Positions 62,929 through 64,000 of a stretch of DNA of 64,000 nt are shown in pieces (within the stretch, counting starts at the first letter, position 1; each line of letters begins with the position of its first letter). A program made the translations under genes and the position numbers. The stretch is from assembly GCA_030324005.1 (NCBI GenBank), contig JARDVH010000110.1, positions 49,871,268-49,935,267 of the forward strand. Reading direction: 5' to 3'. Source of the stretch: Negaprion brevirostris (Eukaryota). The notes under the pieces were generated by a model. The model was not told where the DNA came from. It saw nothing but the letters and a program-made list of their open reading frames with translations, and searched no databases.

Positions 62929-63069
62929 CTGGCATTTAGACGATTGATCTTTAGTATTAGGAGCTGAAGAAGATGAGGAAGAGAGACTGTCTGAAGAGCT
63001 GGTGCACGTACTGCACTTTACATGACAGTATTTCTCAAGACTCTTCATTTGGCTATCGCTGCAAACCTT
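62929..63069 (-). CDS. FNIP1: FNIP1 exon 3 (first exon in window; gene is 5'-partial)
   Basis: 141 nt, ttgcag|AAG...CAG|gtaagg, phase 0/0. KVCSDSQMKSLEKYCHVK...KDQSSKCQ resembles recalled human KLGSDAQVKVFGKCCQLK...KDQCLKYQ. Confidence 0.9.
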
Positions 63070-63444
63070 CTGCAAGTAGGAAAATTTTAAGAGTCAGTGC
63101 TGTTCTGCTAGATCATTTAAAAACAGCCAATGGGGAAAAGGAAAGGAAAATATCAAGCCATGTGGGCACAGATTAAAGAGTGATTGGTAAAAGAACCGGA
63201 GGTCACATGAGGAACAGTTTTACAAAACAACTTGGGAGAAAACACCACAGGGATATATGAAAAGAGTAGGAAAGTGGGACCTGCTGGATTGCTGTTTGAA
63301 AACAGCATACACAATGGGCTAAACGATATTCTTCTCTGCTCCGTAATTCAAAGAAGATTCAGAATGTCAATGGTACAAATGCCTATAAACAGTATTATAA
63401 AATAACATTAGATAAATATAGATATGAGTAGACCATACACCCCA

Positions 63445-63762
63445 GGGCAGCACAGTGGCACAGTGGTTAGCAATGCTGCCTCACAGAACCAGGGCCCCAG
63501 GTTCAATTCTGGCATTGGGTGACTGTATGGCATTTGCATATTCTTCCAGTGTCTGCGTGGGTTTCCTCCAGGTACCCTGGTTTCTTCCCAAAGTCCAAAG
63601 ATGTGCAGGTTAGGTGGATTGGCCATACTAAATTGTCCTTTTGTGTCAGGGGGACTAGCAGGGTAAATACGTGGGGTACTGGGGATAGAGCCTAGGTGGG
63701 ATTATTGTCGGTGTAGGCTCAACGGGCTGAATAGCCTCTTTCTGCACTGTAGGGATTCTATG
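63445..63762 (+). mobile_element. HE1 V-SINE, full length, tail type A
   Basis: gggcagcacagtggcacagtggttagcaatgctgcc...ttctgcactgtagggattctatg. Confidence 0.92.
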
Positions 63763-63774
63763 GACCCCAGTGAT

Positions 63775-64000
63775 ACTGCCCCACCATTCATGATGATCAA
63801 GTCTGGTCTTGGGCTTCAATTCCACATTTCCCACCCTTCTGAAACATCAAAAATCTGCTGATCACAGCCATAAATGTATTCAATGATGACACATACAGAA
63901 CTGGGGTAAAAAATTCCAAAGATTCACAATCATTTGAATGAAGAAATTTATTGTCATCTCAGTCCTAAACGATCAGCTTCTTCTCTTGAAACTGTGACCC
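63775..64000 (-). mobile_element. CR1 3' fragment (continues beyond window)
   Basis: ccaccattcatgatgatc...ctggggtaaaaaattccaaagattcacaa...catctcagtcctaaa typical of reverse-complemented CR1 ends. Confidence 0.65.

Noticed and set aside
11244-63069. Calling the gene FNIP2
   Set aside because: Exon 7 ([10 protein letters not shown]), exon 11 (AMKM...LNEFR), exon 13 ([17 protein letters not shown]) and SMSLFDEYF fit recalled FNIP1; only exon 15 leans towards FNIP2.
63445-63520. tRNA genes at A/B-box-like sequences
   Set aside because: These are tRNA-derived HE1 SINE heads continuing into the V-domain; no complete cloverleaf.
561-63626. The many 60-190 aa ORFs in the supplied track as independent genes
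   Set aside because: Apart from those overlapping FNIP1 exons, they are SINE/LINE translations, antisense frames, low-complexity sequence or N-gap read-throughs.
1-64000. Prokaryotic-type systems (CRISPR array, operon, defence island, prophage)
   Set aside because: The sequence is an intron-rich vertebrate gene with SINEs and LINEs. Recurrent motifs are dispersed retroposons, not regularly spaced repeat-spacer units.

Overview
Eukaryotic genomic DNA from a shark (HE1-type V-SINEs, CR1/HER1-like LINE tails), with many N gaps. The window holds one gene, the FNIP1 (folliculin-interacting protein 1) orthologue on the minus strand. Sixteen coding exons (human-equivalent exons 3-18, 63069 down to 11244) were mapped by eye. 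All have GT/AG sites with compatible phases and total 3204 nt (1067 aa plus TGA). Exons 1-2 lie beyond the right edge. The 3' UTR has proximal (10689) and distal (8698/8715) AATAAA signals, two miR-499-5p seed matches and a Pumilio element. Introns are filled with HE1 SINEs of two tail types, nested CR1 and L2-like LINE relics, a Penelope-like RT fragment, and short palindromic elements carrying decayed minimal hammerhead-ribozyme folds. The most interesting signals are these hammerhead-bearing repeats and lineage-specific changes in FNIP1 regulatory motifs (FEM1B redox degron, AMPK site, CK2 relay). No prokaryote-type system is present and nearly all short ORFs in the track are spurious. Human comparisons and residue numbers are recalled, not computed. 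Repeat boundaries are approximate.
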